64,000 nucleotides of DNA, taken from Takakia lepidozioides (Eukaryota; Plantae; Bryophyta). The stretch covers positions 87,978,001 to 88,042,000 of the forward strand of contig CM060731.1 in assembly GCA_030704615.1 (NCBI GenBank). The letters are read 5' to 3'. Shown piece after piece: positions 62,430 through 64,000 of the stretch. The notes beneath the pieces are model-generated. The model was not told the origin of the DNA. It saw only the letters and a list, made by a program, of their open reading frames with translations, and made no database searches. Positions within the stretch are counted from its first letter, which is position 1. Each line of letters starts with the position of its first letter. The translations under genes and the position numbers were made by a program.

Positions 62430-63111
62430 GATACCCCTCAAAACAAGCTCATCACTGCTGCGGCACCTCGAGGTAAACTGCAATCGGTCGTTCTGCTGCC
62501 CTTGCTGGAGCCGACGACAATGTCATGTCCATCAATGATACCACCATCATACATTGACAAGGTCACTGTGGGCCTCATGTGCCCGTGCGATTCGTCTTCG
62601 CAACTCAGCCGAATGTCTCCATACACTGGAAGAGCGGAGTGATCTGCACGTATATAGTTTTCCCCGGTGCCGTCCTCCCTGGTCCACTGGCAGCAGTTCC
62701 AGCGCCAAAGCGAGGCCGTGCGTGATCTGTCCGGCATCCCTTTCCAGCTTGGTATATCGAGGTCACATTTTCAGGACCCACGGACCGCATTGACCCTCGC
62801 CCCCTCACCTCGCTCAAAGCGTTAATAGCCCTCCAGATACTCCATTGCGTGCAAAAGACTCTTGCTTGATTTCCAGCAGCGTCTGTGAAAACAGAGAGCC
62901 AGACAATGATGTCTCCTGATTCTGGTTTGAACATAGCATAATCGTGGCCATGATAAGGGCAGTCGGCTGGATTTCGGCGGCACGGCATCCTTGAAAAAGA
63001 GTAGCGGAGTACGCTCAATGACAGCAGCTCCCGGATGGAGGAGGAGCAGCGCGGTGGCTGGAAAAAGTTCAAGCTAACGCTGCAATTCCTCACAAACACT
63101 CCAGGGCACAT
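62430..63111 (-). pseudogene. Unknown Cys/Trp-rich protein, paralog A (frameshifted)
   Basis: 'FSRMPCRRNPADCPYHGHDYAMF' then 'RTASLWRWNCCQWT...GENY...PVYGDIRL...SMYDGGIIDGHDIV' match the + strand paralog. Confidence 0.5.
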
Positions 63112-63479
63112 TTAAATTTCCCCCCTAGAGGATCCTGGACCGATGAAGATTGGCTGCTTCATGAATGTAGCCGTTTCAGTTTCCTACCCTGCCATGCAAA
63201 CTATGGGCACTCACTGCCAGGTGGGCCGATAGCCACTGGACACGACGAAGTCCATCCCCTCTTCGATGTAAATGCAGCGCCGAAATTCCATCCGGGGGGA
63301 TGGACTTCGGTGGCAGATCTCAAACTATAACTTGTTGATGAGAAAGATGTATGGGTTCATCCACCGCCGGCGTGATGAACACGTTCCACCTCCGTCGGTG
63401 GGTACGTGGGACCCAGATGCTCCATTATTGGAGGCCGGACTGCTCTTCCGCTTCGCATCATTTCCAAATCTAAGGGCTT

Positions 63480-64000
63480 CGTAGCTGTCCGCAAGGTCAT
63501 TGTCATCTGCATCCAAGTCGTCCTCAGGTCCTCCTTTGCAAGGATGCCGTGCTTCCGGAACCGGGACGACTGCCCATTTGGAGGCATCGATTATGCAATG
63601 TATTCGGCACATCGGGAGACATTGTTATCTGGTACACAGATTACAAAGAAGATACTGGTTCGATTGTGGAAACATTGGTGGCTTTGAGTATATCCTAGGC
63701 CACTACGCCTTCGAGCGGGGTGACGATCTTGGTCTGAGGAGTCTGTGGCTCCTGCGCATCCTCGATTCCGATTTCCCAGCTACGACGATCACCCATGCAG
63801 AAGAAGGCGCACTGCTATGCTGTTGCGGTGGAACTGCTGCCACTGGACGTGGGTGGACTCCATCGGAGAGACCTATTCTCCTCAAGGAGTGCGCTCCTCT
63901 TCTCCATTGTATGGGGACATTCGCATTGGTGTGGACGACGAAAACGTGAAGATTTCCATATTCGATGGTGGTATGATTGAAGGGCAGGACATTGTGGTGA
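63480..64000 (+). pseudogene. Unknown Cys/Trp-rich protein, paralog B (runs off the window)
   Basis: 'FARMPCFRNRDDCPFGGIDYAMY...RTAMLLRWNCCHWT...GETY...PLYGDIRI...SIFDGGMIEGQDIV' with internal stops. Confidence 0.5.

Noticed and set aside
61346-62476. Long ORFs spanning the N run
   Set aside because: Artefacts of translating the gap

Overview
Eukaryotic nuclear DNA from a land plant, probably a non-seed lineage (inferred from a PLS-class PPR gene, compact spliceosomal introns and the TE lineages present). A small gene island at about 24.5-45 kb holds plastid fructose-bisphosphate aldolase (-), SEC31 (-) and a SCY1-like pseudokinase (+); SEC31 and SCYL are head-to-head. Dense nests of mostly decayed transposons lie on both sides. 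The left nest contains the 3' half of an Athila-like gypsy element with a ~1250-codon accessory ORF, a PPR pseudogene cut by a Mutator-like element (MULE), a Dualen-like LINE fragment, a CACTA fragment, a gypsy pol fragment and an L1 LINE. The right nest contains a Helitron with a nested MITE, a tRNA-derived SINE and a second Dualen-like LINE with TSD. It also holds a second MULE copy interrupted by a full-length chromovirus, a non-autonomous MULE and a CACTA, followed by a foldback element wrapping a higher-order satellite, a 500-N gap and two divergent paralogous unknown ORFs. The best candidate for a novel system is the MULE. It encodes a GCM-like/MULE-DDE/SWIM transposase plus a divergently transcribed, spliced gene with a ParB/Srx-like 'DGNHR' motif. 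A palindromic core, TGCGTTGACGCA, recurs about 20 times in hairpin arrays in that gene's intron and in two probably related non-autonomous elements, which suggests a parS-like or VANC-like protein/site module. All domain calls come from motif recognition by eye; no database search was run.
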